Positions 35,235 through 44,614 of a stretch of DNA of 64,000 bases are shown one piece after another. The stretch's first letter is position 1; each line of letters starts with the position of its first letter. Source of the DNA: Dehalococcoidia bacterium (GTDB taxonomy: Bacteria > Chloroflexota > Dehalococcoidia > Lucifugimonadales > Australimonadaceae). A program made the position numbers and the translations under genes. Below the pieces are notes generated by a model. It searched no databases. It worked only from the letters and a program-made list of their open reading frames with translations, and was not told the DNA's origin. The stretch covers positions 950,379 to 1,014,378 of the forward strand of contig OZ251500.1 in the NCBI GenBank assembly GCA_965242755.1, in the 5' to 3' direction.

Positions 35235-36851
35235 TCATAGCAGGCCGAACTGCGCCCGCGGCTGTTGGATTTGGGCCGGCGCGCGCGGAGCGCGGCGGAA
35301 GGTTGGGGGACGCGATAGCCCCAGCCGCGGGATGGCGGGAAGGCTCCCGCTCAGCAAGTCCTCCACCGCCGAAATCTGCACGCGCGGAAACCGCTGATCA
35401 GGAAAGTGCCGCGGCTCGTAGAACCCCGCCGACGCCGCCTCCTGCTCCATCGCCCGCGTCGGACGCTCCAGCGTGATGAACACGGCGAGTTCCGCCCCCT
35501 CGCGCTGCCGATCGCTGTTAAGCGCCGCGATCTGGCTGCGCTGCACGTGCCCGCTTTTCACCTGCACGATGATGCGCTTCGGCTTGCCGGAATCGTCGTC
35601 GAAAAAGTTGACGTAGCCGTCCACGCCCGCGTCGGCACCTCTGCGCCGGTCATGCGCCGGACGCGCGTCTATGAGTCCGAGCGCCCAATACTCGAACTGA
35701 TAGCGCCCGTCAGGCTCGCTCTCTTCCGCGAGGGCGCGGGCGCCGGCGAGGTCTTCGGGAACGCCGACCACGTCGTAAGGGGAGAGGCGCTCGCCGAAGG
35801 CGTCGTGGAGGCGGTATTTCATCAGGGAGACGGCGAGGTGGGTGACGTCGATACCGATCCATCGTCGGTTGAGGCGCTCGGCGACGGCGATGGCGGTTCC
35901 GCATCCGCAGAACGGGTCGAGCACGACGTCGCCTTCGTTGCTGGACGCGGCGATGATGCGCTCGAGCAGCGCCTCCGGCTTCTGCGTGGGGTAGCCGAGC
36001 CGCTCATTTCCGATATGCATCGCATCGGGAATATCGAACCACGTGTCCCCGACTAACGCATCGTCAACGACGTTGCCGTCGGGGCGCTCCTCCAAGAAGT
36101 ACTTGATGCGAACGGCGCCGGTGCGGGTGCGGTAAATCCGCCCTTCCGCATCGAGCCTCCGAACCGACTCGTCCGTATAGTTGCCTCTGGGAGCGGTTTT
36201 GAACCATCGGCCTTGCTCGTCTTGCCGCAAACCGATTCGCCTAGCCTCGTCGGGAGCGTAGGCGCGCTTGGCGTACTGCCTCTCGAAGCGATGGCCTTTC
36301 GCGCTCTTTGAGTAGAAGAGCAACACGTCGTGGTTCCTGGGGAATTGCGCCGCGACGGCCTTGCCACCGCGCCCTCCGTAATGCCAAACCAACTCGTTGC
36401 GGAACCCCTCCTTGCCGAACACGGCGTCCATCAGCAGCCTGAGGTGATGGCTGGCGGTGGGATCGCAATGGAGGTAGATGCTGCCGCTCGGCTTGAGGAC
36501 GCGATGCAACTCCACGACGCGACTGGCCATCATCACGAGGTAGGCCATCATATCGTTGCGCCCGAGGAATCCGCGCATCGCCGCGAGCAGGTCGGCGACG
36601 CTGCGCGGGCCGGAGGTAACGACGTCTTGGTAGGCGGCCTCCGCCTCGATGCTCCAATGCCACGTGTCGTCGAACGCCTTGATCTGCGCCGACGACAGTT
36701 CGCCGCCCGCCTCGCGGAAGAGCACGTTGTAGGTCGCGTTCGAGTTGAACGGCGGGTCGAGGTAGATGAGGTCGACGCTCTCGTCCGCGACATGCTCGCG
36801 CAGGATCGGCAGGTTGTCCCCGAAGAAGAGTTTGTTGCGCCAGTCGGCCAT
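35235..36851 (-). CDS. Beta-class DNA methyltransferase fused to an Mrr-like domain, paralog B
   Basis: The first ~145 aa and last ~250 aa nearly match paralog A. The central ~140 aa is unrelated. Confidence 0.85.
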   Translation of the reverse strand: MADWRNKLFFGDNLPILREHVADESVDLIYLDPPFNSNATYNVLFREAGGELSSAQIKAFDDTWHWSIEAEAAYQDVVTSGPRSVADLLAAMRGFLGRNDMMAYLVMMASRVVELHRVLKPSGSIYLHCDPTASHHLRLLMDAVFGKEGFRNELVWHYGGRGGKAVAAQFPRNHDVLLFYSKSAKGHRFERQYAKRAYAPDEARRIGLRQDEQGRWFKTAPRGNYTDESVRRLDAEGRIYRTRTGAVRIKYFLEERPDGNVVDDALVGDTWFDIPDAMHIGNERLGYPTQKPEALLERIIAASSNEGDVVLDPFCGCGTAIAVAERLNRRWIGIDVTHLAVSLMKYRLHDAFGERLSPYDVVGVPEDLAGARALAEESEPDGRYQFEYWALGLIDARPAHDRRRGADAGVDGYVNFFDDDSGKPKRIIVQVKSGHVQRSQIAALNSDRQREGAELAVFITLERPTRAMEQEAASAGFYEPRHFPDQRFPRVQISAVEDLLSGSLPAIPRLGLSRPPTFRRAPRAPAQIQQPRAQFGLL

Positions 36852-36920
36852 AGGGAGACATGGTAGCAGAGGCGGCGGGGGGAGGGTAAGGGGCGAATGG
36901 CGCCCTACAATGAGCGCCTA

Positions 36921-36990
36921 TGCGCGAACCACCCGGCGCAAGCTCCATCCCCGCCCTCTCCTTCCGGGAGAGGGCAGCCGCGTAGCGGCG
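36921..36990. repeat. Mosaic repeat unit (E module) in the divergent intergenic region
   Basis: ccgccctctccttccgggagagggcagccgcgtagcggcg. Confidence 0.8.
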
Positions 36991-37036
36991 CGCGCCCCCT
37001 TGCCCCCCAACCCCATCCCATGCTATCCTCCCCGCA

Positions 37037-38830
37037 ATGACCACCCCCGACGCAGACCCCACAACCCATAGCGACGCGCCCGCTTACGACCCGCTGCCGC
37101 AGCAGGAGGCGATCTTCCGCCCAGCCGTCCGCTTCGGCAACGTTCCCGTCGTCCGCGCTCCCCTCGGATGGGACGCCAGGCGAACGGGCTTCCGCAACCA
37201 CTACCCCTTCATCAGCCTGCCGCTCCAAACCTCCGAGCGCGTCGGATTCGGCGCCCCCGAACTCGAGCCCAACCGCCTCATCTGGGGCGACTGCCTCCAC
37301 GTGATGCGCCAACTCCCCAGCGAAAGCATCGACCTCATCTACATCGACCCGCCCTTCTTCTCAGGCCGGGACTACAACGTCATATGGGGCGACGACAACG
37401 AACTCCGCTCCTTCTCCGACGTCTGGCAGGGCGGACTCGACGGCTACCTCATCTGGCTCAACGCCCGCCTCTACGAAATGAAACGCCTCCTCAGGCCGAC
37501 CGGCTCCATCTACGTCCATTGCGACTGGCACGCCAGCCACTACATCAAAATCGAAATGGACAAGATCTTCGGCTACGAGAACTTCCGCAATGAAATTGCT
37601 TGGTCTTATTCGGGTGGCGCAACTCCCCGACGAGACTTCCCGCGTAAGCATGACGTGATCCTTCGCTACACTAAGGGAACAGATTGGGTTTTCAATAGAG
37701 AGTACAAGTCCTACAAAGAGAATACACAGCAAGTGGGTAAGCACAGCACGTTGAGTGGTGGATTAGATATTGATCTAGACAGAGGGACACCCGTGACAGA
37801 CAGCTGGAATGACATACGCACGGTTACCGGTTGGAACCCTGAGCGAATAGGCTACCCTACGCAGAAACCCGAAGCCTTGTTGGAGCGCATTATCAAGGCA
37901 TCGTCCAACGAAGGCGATACTGTTGCCGATTTCTTCATCGGCGGCGGGACGACCGCGGCAGTCGCGCAGCGGCTCGGCAGGCGGTTCATCGCGTGCGATC
38001 AGTCACGCGTCGCCGTCGCGGTGACGGCCGAGCGACTGAAGCAGGCCGCGCAGGGGCGACTCAACGAGGAGCAGTACCCGGACTGCGCCATTGAGCAGTG
38101 GGGCATCTACGAGGCGCACCGCCTCGCCGACGCCTCGACGGAGGAGTTCCGCGCGTTTGTGCTGGAGTGCTACGATGCCCGGGTTCCCAGCGCCGACGAG
38201 GGCATTCACGGCTACAAGGGCGCGCAGGCTCGCGTGCCTGTCTGGGTCGGGTCGCCGTCGCTTGCCGCAACAGTGACCGTGGAGGATGTCGACGCTTTCG
38301 CGCAGTCCATTTCCCGGTTGCCCCGCTACCAGAGCGACGAAGGTCTGCGCGACGGGATTATGCTCGCGTGGGGATTCACGCCCGACGCTTTGAACGCCGC
38401 GGAGGAACTGCGCGGGCGCGGCGCCGCCGAAATCGCGTTCGTCCGCCTCGAGCAAGTCCGCATAGACTCGCCTGCCTTCCGCCGGCATATCGCCTCGCAG
38501 TCCACCGAACGCGGCGACTACTCCAATTTCCTCACGTTCGTCCAGCCCCCTGCCGTCTCATTCGCCTGCCGCCAACTCAGGCCGTTGCGCTACGCATTCG
38601 ACGCGAGCGACACGCAGGCGTACAACCCCGACGCCCAGATCATCAGCGTGCAGTGGGATTTCGCGTATGATGGTCGGACGTTCCGCGCCGAGCGGCGCCC
38701 TTGGGCCGACCGCGCGAAACCGGCGGCGGAGCATGCGTTCCCCCGCGCCGGAACCTACAATGTCGCCTGCAAAGCGCAAGACGACAAGGGCGGCGAGGGC
38801 ATGAAGGTCGTCAAACTGGAGGTCAGTTAG
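37037..38830 (+). CDS. Mod-like beta-class DNA methyltransferase with a degenerate Mrr-like region and a C-terminal PKD-like domain
   Basis: [35 protein letters not shown]. The Mrr-equivalent positions read GIHGY / VWVG. The C-terminus ISVQWDFAYDG..HAFPRAGTYNVACKAQDDKGG is PKD-like. Confidence 0.8.
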   Translation: MTTPDADPTTHSDAPAYDPLPQQEAIFRPAVRFGNVPVVRAPLGWDARRTGFRNHYPFISLPLQTSERVGFGAPELEPNRLIWGDCLHVMRQLPSESIDLIYIDPPFFSGRDYNVIWGDDNELRSFSDVWQGGLDGYLIWLNARLYEMKRLLRPTGSIYVHCDWHASHYIKIEMDKIFGYENFRNEIAWSYSGGATPRRDFPRKHDVILRYTKGTDWVFNREYKSYKENTQQVGKHSTLSGGLDIDLDRGTPVTDSWNDIRTVTGWNPERIGYPTQKPEALLERIIKASSNEGDTVADFFIGGGTTAAVAQRLGRRFIACDQSRVAVAVTAERLKQAAQGRLNEEQYPDCAIEQWGIYEAHRLADASTEEFRAFVLECYDARVPSADEGIHGYKGAQARVPVWVGSPSLAATVTVEDVDAFAQSISRLPRYQSDEGLRDGIMLAWGFTPDALNAAEELRGRGAAEIAFVRLEQVRIDSPAFRRHIASQSTERGDYSNFLTFVQPPAVSFACRQLRPLRYAFDASDTQAYNPDAQIISVQWDFAYDGRTFRAERRPWADRAKPAAEHAFPRAGTYNVACKAQDDKGGEGMKVVKLEVS

Positions 38831-38834
38831 CGCA

Positions 38835-40844
38835 ATGCAGAACGCTCTTCTCCCCCACGAATCCGACTTCAAAGCCTGGGTGGACAGCCACTTCCTGCCG
38901 TCGCAAGACGCGACGCAAACCTACCTCGCCTTCCTCGCCGACCCGGAGACGGAGGTCGAGCCGAAGGCGGGCGGCCTCTGGACGCATCAGTGGAAAGCGT
39001 TGCTGCGCGTCGTCTACGCCCGCGAGGTCTTGAACCGCGATTTCTGGGGGGACGGCCTGCTGCTGAACATCGTCACGGGCGGCGGCAAGACGGCGCTCAT
39101 CGCCGCGACGATGGTCTGGCTGCGCCGCGCCTACGACGTGCAGCGCTTCCTCATCCTCTGCCCCAACCTCATCGTGCGCGACCGCCTCGAGTCCGACTTC
39201 CGCAACGGCAAGGTGTTCAACGACCGCGGCCTGATTCCGCCGGACGCGCCGTTCGGGCCGGAAGCGTTCGCGCTCACCACGCTCGGCGGGTCGTCGAGCG
39301 CGTCCACGCAAAACCTGTTCGGCGCGAAGGTCGTGCTCGCCAACATTCACCAGTTCTACCGCGGCTCCAAAACCGGGCAGGACAACCTCTGGGCGCTCTT
39401 CGGCGCGCAGCGAACGCCGTTCGGCATCTTCAACGACGAGGCGCACAACACCCCCGCCGACGAGTACGAGCGCACGCTTACCGACCTGCAAAGCCAAGAC
39501 GGCTTCGCCTTCCGCCTCGACACCACCGCCACGCCCGACCGCGCCGACGGCAAGCCCGTCGACAGCCGGATGATCTACGAGTACGACATCCCGGAAGCGT
39601 TGCATGACGACATTATCGCCAAGCCCGTCGTCTATCAGCCCAACATCGAAACCGTCGAGTTGACCTACACCAATGCGGATACCGGCGAGAAGCGGAGCGT
39701 TGAAGAGATCGATTGGGACGAAGTTGACCGAGCGGGGCTCAGCGCAACCCAATGGGTGACCGACCCGAAGCCGATGAGCCAGCAGATCAGCATCGCGTTG
39801 CAGCGGCTGAAAGAGGCGAAACGCTACGCGAACGGGCGCTACCGCCCCATCCTCTTCGTCGTCGCCGTCTGCAAAGCCGACGCCCGCGCCGCCAAAGCGA
39901 TGCTGGAGGACGAATTCAAACTCCGCGCCCTCATCGTCACCGAGGACGAAGAGGCCAAAGCGCGCCTCGCCGCCGCCAACATCGGCGACGGCGACCAGTA
40001 CGACGCCGTCGTCAGCGTCGCGATGCTCCGCGAGGGCTGGGACGTGCCGGAAGTCGCCGTCATTCTCCTCCTCCGCAAGTTCAGCAGCGCGGTCTACGGC
40101 CCGCAGGTCGTCGGGCGCGGACTCCGCCGCGTCCGACGACACGATATCAAACCCGACGAGACCCAAGTCTGCGCCGTCGTTGACCATCCCAAACTCGATC
40201 ACGAGTGGCTCTGGACGCTCCTCCATGCCCGCGTGCGGACCGAGGTCGGCGTGCAACAGGAATTCGACGAGATCAAAGAGCGCGGCGAGCCTCCTCCCAG
40301 ACAACGGATCGTCAACCCTGACCTGATCATCGCTATCCCTGAGCCGGAAGAGGACGAGTCGCAGGTCCTCCGTCCGTCCACGGTGCCTTCCTCCCTCAAG
40401 CCGTCCCCCGACTGGTTGCAACTCTTAGACGCGCTGGAGTTCGACGAGCGCGAAGTGGAGATCACCGACGTCAACCTCTCCGGGGTGACCGGACGGGAAT
40501 TGGCGCCTGGAGGCTGGACGCGCCACGTGGGAGCCCCGCCTGCGATAGATGCCGCGGCAATAGCGAGCCTTCCGCCCGATGAGTTGCGGGAGAAGGTGCG
40601 CGAGCGTCTGCGGGCGATAGGAGAGCACGCCACCGTCGGGGCAGGCTACGCAATGCTGATGCGGAGACACGTGGACAGGCCGCTGCGCGAGTTCGTGGAG
40701 CGTCGCTTCCTTGACGGCGAGGCCCTGGCGTTCGCGGAGGAGCCCGCCCTGCGCCGCGCCGCCGCCCGCCTCAACCAACTCGAAGCGCTCCTTGACGGAC
40801 GCACCGACATCATCGGAGGCATGGTCGAATATGTCCGGGATTGA
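38835..40844 (+). CDS. Type III restriction Res-like helicase (SF2, DEAH) without a nuclease domain
   Basis: IVTGGGKTAL (motif I), FNDEAHN (motif II), LREGWDVPEV and GRGLRR (motifs V/VI). Starts 4 nt after the Mod stop. Confidence 0.8.
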   Translation: MQNALLPHESDFKAWVDSHFLPSQDATQTYLAFLADPETEVEPKAGGLWTHQWKALLRVVYAREVLNRDFWGDGLLLNIVTGGGKTALIAATMVWLRRAYDVQRFLILCPNLIVRDRLESDFRNGKVFNDRGLIPPDAPFGPEAFALTTLGGSSSASTQNLFGAKVVLANIHQFYRGSKTGQDNLWALFGAQRTPFGIFNDEAHNTPADEYERTLTDLQSQDGFAFRLDTTATPDRADGKPVDSRMIYEYDIPEALHDDIIAKPVVYQPNIETVELTYTNADTGEKRSVEEIDWDEVDRAGLSATQWVTDPKPMSQQISIALQRLKEAKRYANGRYRPILFVVAVCKADARAAKAMLEDEFKLRALIVTEDEEAKARLAAANIGDGDQYDAVVSVAMLREGWDVPEVAVILLLRKFSSAVYGPQVVGRGLRRVRRHDIKPDETQVCAVVDHPKLDHEWLWTLLHARVRTEVGVQQEFDEIKERGEPPPRQRIVNPDLIIAIPEPEEDESQVLRPSTVPSSLKPSPDWLQLLDALEFDEREVEITDVNLSGVTGRELAPGGWTRHVGAPPAIDAAAIASLPPDELREKVRERLRAIGEHATVGAGYAMLMRRHVDRPLREFVERRFLDGEALAFAEEPALRRAAARLNQLEALLDGRTDIIGGMVEYVRD

Positions 40845-41181
40845 GCGCGGCAACTACGACGGCCCCAAGAAGAGCGCGTGGAACTTCGAGGTCTACGACT
40901 CCGGCCAGGAGCGGCTGATGATGGAGCGCCTCGACGCCGACCCGTCCGTCCGCAAGTGGACGAAGCGGCACGGCATAGCCGTCCCCTGGGTGGACTCCGC
41001 GCATCGCCGGCACGCCTACCGCCCCGACTTCCTCGTCGAGTACGCGGACGGCTCGAAGGCGCTCATTGAGGTCAAGGGCGCGAACTACGTGGATTCGCAG
41101 GCCGTGCAGCGCAAGCGCATGGCCGCCGAGCGCTGGTGCGAGCGCCGGGGCATGGCCTACTCCATCGAAACCATCGCCTAG
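40831..41181 (+). CDS. Small PD-(D/E)xK nuclease (TnsA N-terminal-like)
   Basis: SGQERLMMERLD.., ..YRPDFLVEYADGSKALIEVKG (E..D..E-x-K). 14-nt overlap with the helicase gene. Confidence 0.7.
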   Translation: MSGIERGNYDGPKKSAWNFEVYDSGQERLMMERLDADPSVRKWTKRHGIAVPWVDSAHRRHAYRPDFLVEYADGSKALIEVKGANYVDSQAVQRKRMAAERWCERRGMAYSIETIA

Positions 41182-41258
41182 CGCGCGCGCCTGCTCGGGA
41201 TTGCGCCCCCCCACGCTGTCACGCTATCACCCCGCGCCCCCGTACAATACGCGGCGCT

Positions 41259-41807
41259 ATGCCCGACGACGCCCCCGCCGGCTCCGAGGCGGACTCCGAC
41301 GCCCTCCGCCGCTTGCTCGACGCGAGTTTCGTCATCCGCGTCTCCCATACGGGGCGGCGGAGCGGCCTGCCTCGCATGCTCGAGACGACGTTCTCGTGGG
41401 ACGGCGCGGACAAGATCCAACTCTCCGGCTACCCGGGCAAGCGCGATTGGGTCGCCAATATGAGCGCGAATCCCCGCGTGACCGTCTACACCGTCGAGGG
41501 CGCCCCCCGGCTCGCCGTTCCGGCGCGGGCCCGCGTGATCCGCTCACGGGAGGAGCGGACGCCGCGCCTCATCGCCTACGTCCGTCGGTGGCTGCGCCTC
41601 CCCGGCGGGCAGCGCGCCGTCATTCGCTGGGCGCTCCGCGCCGCGACGCTGAACCGCGCGCTCGGCCTCCCGTGGTGGGGCCCCTTCTACTGCGTCCGCC
41701 GGATCTTCGACGCGATGCCGTGCGTCGAACTCACGCTTGACGGCCCGCCCGTCCGCCGGAGCGCGCCGCCCCCGCCGCCGACGCTTCCCCGGCGCGGCGG
41801 CGGCTGA
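41259..41807 (+). CDS. Deazaflavin (F420)-dependent nitroreductase-family protein (DDN/PNPOx-like)
   Basis: GRRSGLPRMLETTFSWDG..SGYPGKRDWVANMSANPRVTVY fits the DDN family pattern. Confidence 0.65.
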   Translation: MPDDAPAGSEADSDALRRLLDASFVIRVSHTGRRSGLPRMLETTFSWDGADKIQLSGYPGKRDWVANMSANPRVTVYTVEGAPRLAVPARARVIRSREERTPRLIAYVRRWLRLPGGQRAVIRWALRAATLNRALGLPWWGPFYCVRRIFDAMPCVELTLDGPPVRRSAPPPPPTLPRRGGG

Positions 41808-41834
41808 TTGACCTCTTGCCCCGCCGTCCCGCCA

Positions 41835-41863
41835 TTGACATCGGGGACGCGCCGCATTAGAGT
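41835..41863 (+). promoter_or_regulatory. Sigma-70-like promoter (TTGACA-17-TAGAGT)
   Basis: TTGACA at 41835-41840 and TAGAGT at 41858-41863, upstream of the desaturase-like gene. Confidence 0.45.
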
Positions 41864-41949
41864 AAGGGGCGGCTAGGCCGCCGCGACCCCGCGACAAGCA
41901 GGGACGAGCGAGGCGGCCGGCTTACTTGGAACGTGGGAGCATACAGCGC

Positions 41950-43035
41950 ATGAGCGCCCCCGTAGGCTTTTACCTGCCCCCGAGCGCGACGCCGAAACTC
42001 GAACGGCTGGTGGACAGCATCGAGGCCAGCCCCGGCCAACTCCTCGACCCCGCCGAACTCCGCGAGGCGTGCGACCGCCTGGACGTCCGCGGCGTCGCGG
42101 AGCGCCTCCCCGAGGGCCTGACCTCCGAAGACCTCGTCGGCATCCTCAAACTGGCGATGCTCACGGAGTGCGCCACCGACTCCTACTCCGCCGTCTTTAT
42201 GGACGGCGCCCAGCGCTTCGACTCCCCATGGCTCGCGCGCTTCAACCAGCGCGTCTGGACGCCGGACGAGCACACGCACTACACCCCCTACAAACTGATG
42301 CTGCAGTCGCTCGGCTACTCCGAAGAGCAACTCGACCGCGAGATGCTCGAGGTGCAGAGCAGCCAGTACGAGCACTGCTGCGGGCGCAACCCCGCCGAAC
42401 TCACCACCTACGGCATCATCCAGGAGTACCTGACCGACAACTGGCACGGGATGATCAGCCACCTCCTCAAGCCCGGCGCGCCCTACGCCGCCAAGTGCTC
42501 GGCGATGGTCAAGCGCCGCGAGACGCTCCACACGACCTGGTACCGCGAGATGACCGCGATCCAAGTCGAGGAGAACCCCGAAATGATCGGGATGGTGGCG
42601 GACACGATCCAATCGTTCCAGATGCCCGGCACGCGCCTCGTGCCGGAGTTGGGCGCCCGCTCCCTCGAGTGGATGAGCAAGGCGAACGTCGACTTCGCCC
42701 GCATCGCCCGCGACTTCGTCCGCAACTTCCAGCAGGTCGCGGGCAACGTGAAGCGCGCCGGCCAAATGTTCGTTGACCTCGCGGCGCGGCGAGGCATGAG
42801 CGTCGGCCCCATTCCGCTCTCCGCCGCCCGCAGCGTCCTCAACAAGATCGGCGGCCCCGGCTACGGGCTCGTCGGAGAGGCCGTGCTGGACAAGTTCGGC
42901 ATTCCGCGCCCGTCGTCCGTCAGCCAAACCGGCCCCGTGAGCCTTCCGCCGCGGATGTACGACGCCTTCCGCTCGCGCCTCCGCGGCATGATCGCGCAGC
43001 GCGTGGAAGTGACCTCCATCATCGGCGAGGTCTAG
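41950..43035 (+). CDS. Acyl-ACP desaturase-like diiron (ferritin-like) protein
   Basis: LTECATDSY, WTPDEHTHY (ExxH), IQEYLT, KRRETLH (ExxH). ATG 41950 is preferred over TTG 41926. Confidence 0.7.
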   Translation: MSAPVGFYLPPSATPKLERLVDSIEASPGQLLDPAELREACDRLDVRGVAERLPEGLTSEDLVGILKLAMLTECATDSYSAVFMDGAQRFDSPWLARFNQRVWTPDEHTHYTPYKLMLQSLGYSEEQLDREMLEVQSSQYEHCCGRNPAELTTYGIIQEYLTDNWHGMISHLLKPGAPYAAKCSAMVKRRETLHTTWYREMTAIQVEENPEMIGMVADTIQSFQMPGTRLVPELGARSLEWMSKANVDFARIARDFVRNFQQVAGNVKRAGQMFVDLAARRGMSVGPIPLSAARSVLNKIGGPGYGLVGEAVLDKFGIPRPSSVSQTGPVSLPPRMYDAFRSRLRGMIAQRVEVTSIIGEV

Positions 43036-43040
43036 GCGCC

Positions 43041-44300
43041 ATCCCCTCTCCGCGCTCGCTCCTCCGCCCTCCCGTCCGCGCCGCGAAAGCGCTCGCCGCG
43101 CCCGCCGCCGACCTGATCGCCGAGCGCCTCTTCCTCGCCGCCGTCTCCAACATCCGAACCGGCCGCCTCCGCCTCGAGACGCCCGACGGCGAAAGCCGCG
43201 AATTCGACTCCGGATCGCCCGGCCCCGACGCCGTTCTGCAAGTGCGCGACCGCTCCTTCTACCGGCGCGTCGTCGCGGGCGGCGAGATCGGCTTCGGCGA
43301 GGCCTACCAGGACGGCCTGTGCGACTCCCCCGACCTTGCGCGGCTGCTGATGCTCGCCATCTTGAACCGGCGGGCGGTCGACCTCAACCGCGGCCCGATG
43401 CGGCTCCTCTCCAAGCGCGCCAACCTCCGCTTGCACCGCTCCCGCGCCAACACGAAGGAGCAGAGCAAGGACAACATCCACGCGCACTACGACTTGGGCA
43501 ACGAGTTCTTCGCGCTGTTCCTCGACGAGACGCTCGCCTACTCCAGCGCCGTCTTCGCCTACGAAGGCCAGCCGCTCGCCGACGCTCAGCGCAACAAGTA
43601 CCGCCGCATGTGCGAGTTCGCCCGCATCGAGCCCGGCGACCACGCGCTCGAGATCGGCGGCGGTTGGGGCGGATTCGCGATCTACGCCGCGCAAGAGCGC
43701 GGCTGCCGCGTCACCGCGATCACCATCTCGCAAGAGCAGTTCGACCTCGCGTCCAAGCGCGTCGCGGAGGCCGGGCTCGACGGCCTCGTGGACGTCCGCC
43801 TGATGGACTACCGCGACGTCGAGGGGGAGTTCGACGCCATCGTCTCCATAGAAATGTTCGAGGCGGTCGGCGCGGAGTACTTCGAAACGTTCTTCCATAA
43901 GTGCGCCTCGCTCCTGAAGCCGGGGGGCAACCTGGCGATGCAGGTCATCACCGTCCCCGACCGCAACTTCGCCGCGCAGAAGAGCGGCGTGAACTGGATC
44001 CAGAAGCACATCTTCCCCGGCGGCGTCCTCCCCTCGCTCGCAGAAATGGAGCGCGCCAACGCGGGCACGGGGCTCGTCGTCGCCTCGCTCGACCACATCG
44101 GACGGGATTACGCGACGACGCTCCGGCAATGGCGCGAGGCGTTCCTGCAGCGCTTGGACGACGTCCGCCGGCAAGGCTACGACGAGCGCTTCATCCGCAC
44201 GTGGACGTACTACCTAGCCGCCTGCGAAGCCGGCTTCCTAACCAACGCAACCGACGACATCCAAATCGCCTTCGAGAAACCGGTGCCGCCCACCGGCTGA
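43041..44300 (+). CDS. cfa: Cyclopropane-fatty-acyl-phospholipid synthase family methyltransferase; start codon unresolved
   Basis: GFGEAYQDGL, HYDLGNEFF, LEIGGGWGG, MFEAVG, CEAGF. Similarity extends upstream of the GTG at 43242 to about 43041, where no ATG/GTG/TTG exists in frame. Confidence 0.8.
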   Translation: MPSPRSLLRPPVRAAKALAAPAADLIAERLFLAAVSNIRTGRLRLETPDGESREFDSGSPGPDAVLQVRDRSFYRRVVAGGEIGFGEAYQDGLCDSPDLARLLMLAILNRRAVDLNRGPMRLLSKRANLRLHRSRANTKEQSKDNIHAHYDLGNEFFALFLDETLAYSSAVFAYEGQPLADAQRNKYRRMCEFARIEPGDHALEIGGGWGGFAIYAAQERGCRVTAITISQEQFDLASKRVAEAGLDGLVDVRLMDYRDVEGEFDAIVSIEMFEAVGAEYFETFFHKCASLLKPGGNLAMQVITVPDRNFAAQKSGVNWIQKHIFPGGVLPSLAEMERANAGTGLVVASLDHIGRDYATTLRQWREAFLQRLDDVRRQGYDERFIRTWTYYLAACEAGFLTNATDDIQIAFEKPVPPTG

Positions 44301-44435
44301 CCCCGGCGCGACGGTAGGACGCGGCGCCCGGGTCGAGAGGGCAAGGAACCTCCCCGCCCTTGTTATACTCAATAGCCAATCGAAGCCTCGATTCGTTATC
44401 CGCGCTCCCGCGGCGGGGCGCGATTAGGCGGCGCA

Positions 44436-44606
44436 ATGATCCCCAAGGACGCGAAACCGAAACTGCGGAACGCGGCGCTCGCAGGAACGCTCGTCAGTTT
44501 TCCGCTGCTGTACCTCGGGCCGGTGACGCTGGAGAGCCCCGCCGTGACGCTCGCCGGCCTCGCCGTCGCGGGAGCGACCGCCGTCCTCGCTTGGCTGGCC
44601 TTCTAG
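44436..44606 (+). CDS. Possible 56-aa membrane peptide
   Basis: ATG 44436 to TAG 44604-44606. Two hydrophobic stretches. Below the ORF-track size cutoff; no RBS checked. Confidence 0.3.
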   Translation: MIPKDAKPKLRNAALAGTLVSFPLLYLGPVTLESPAVTLAGLAVAGATAVLAWLAF

Positions 44607-44614
44607 GAGCGCGA

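Noticed and set aside
38823-40421. 532-aa minus-strand ORF
   Set aside because: It is antisense to the Res-like helicase, which has clean SF2 motifs. No motifs or RBS of its own.
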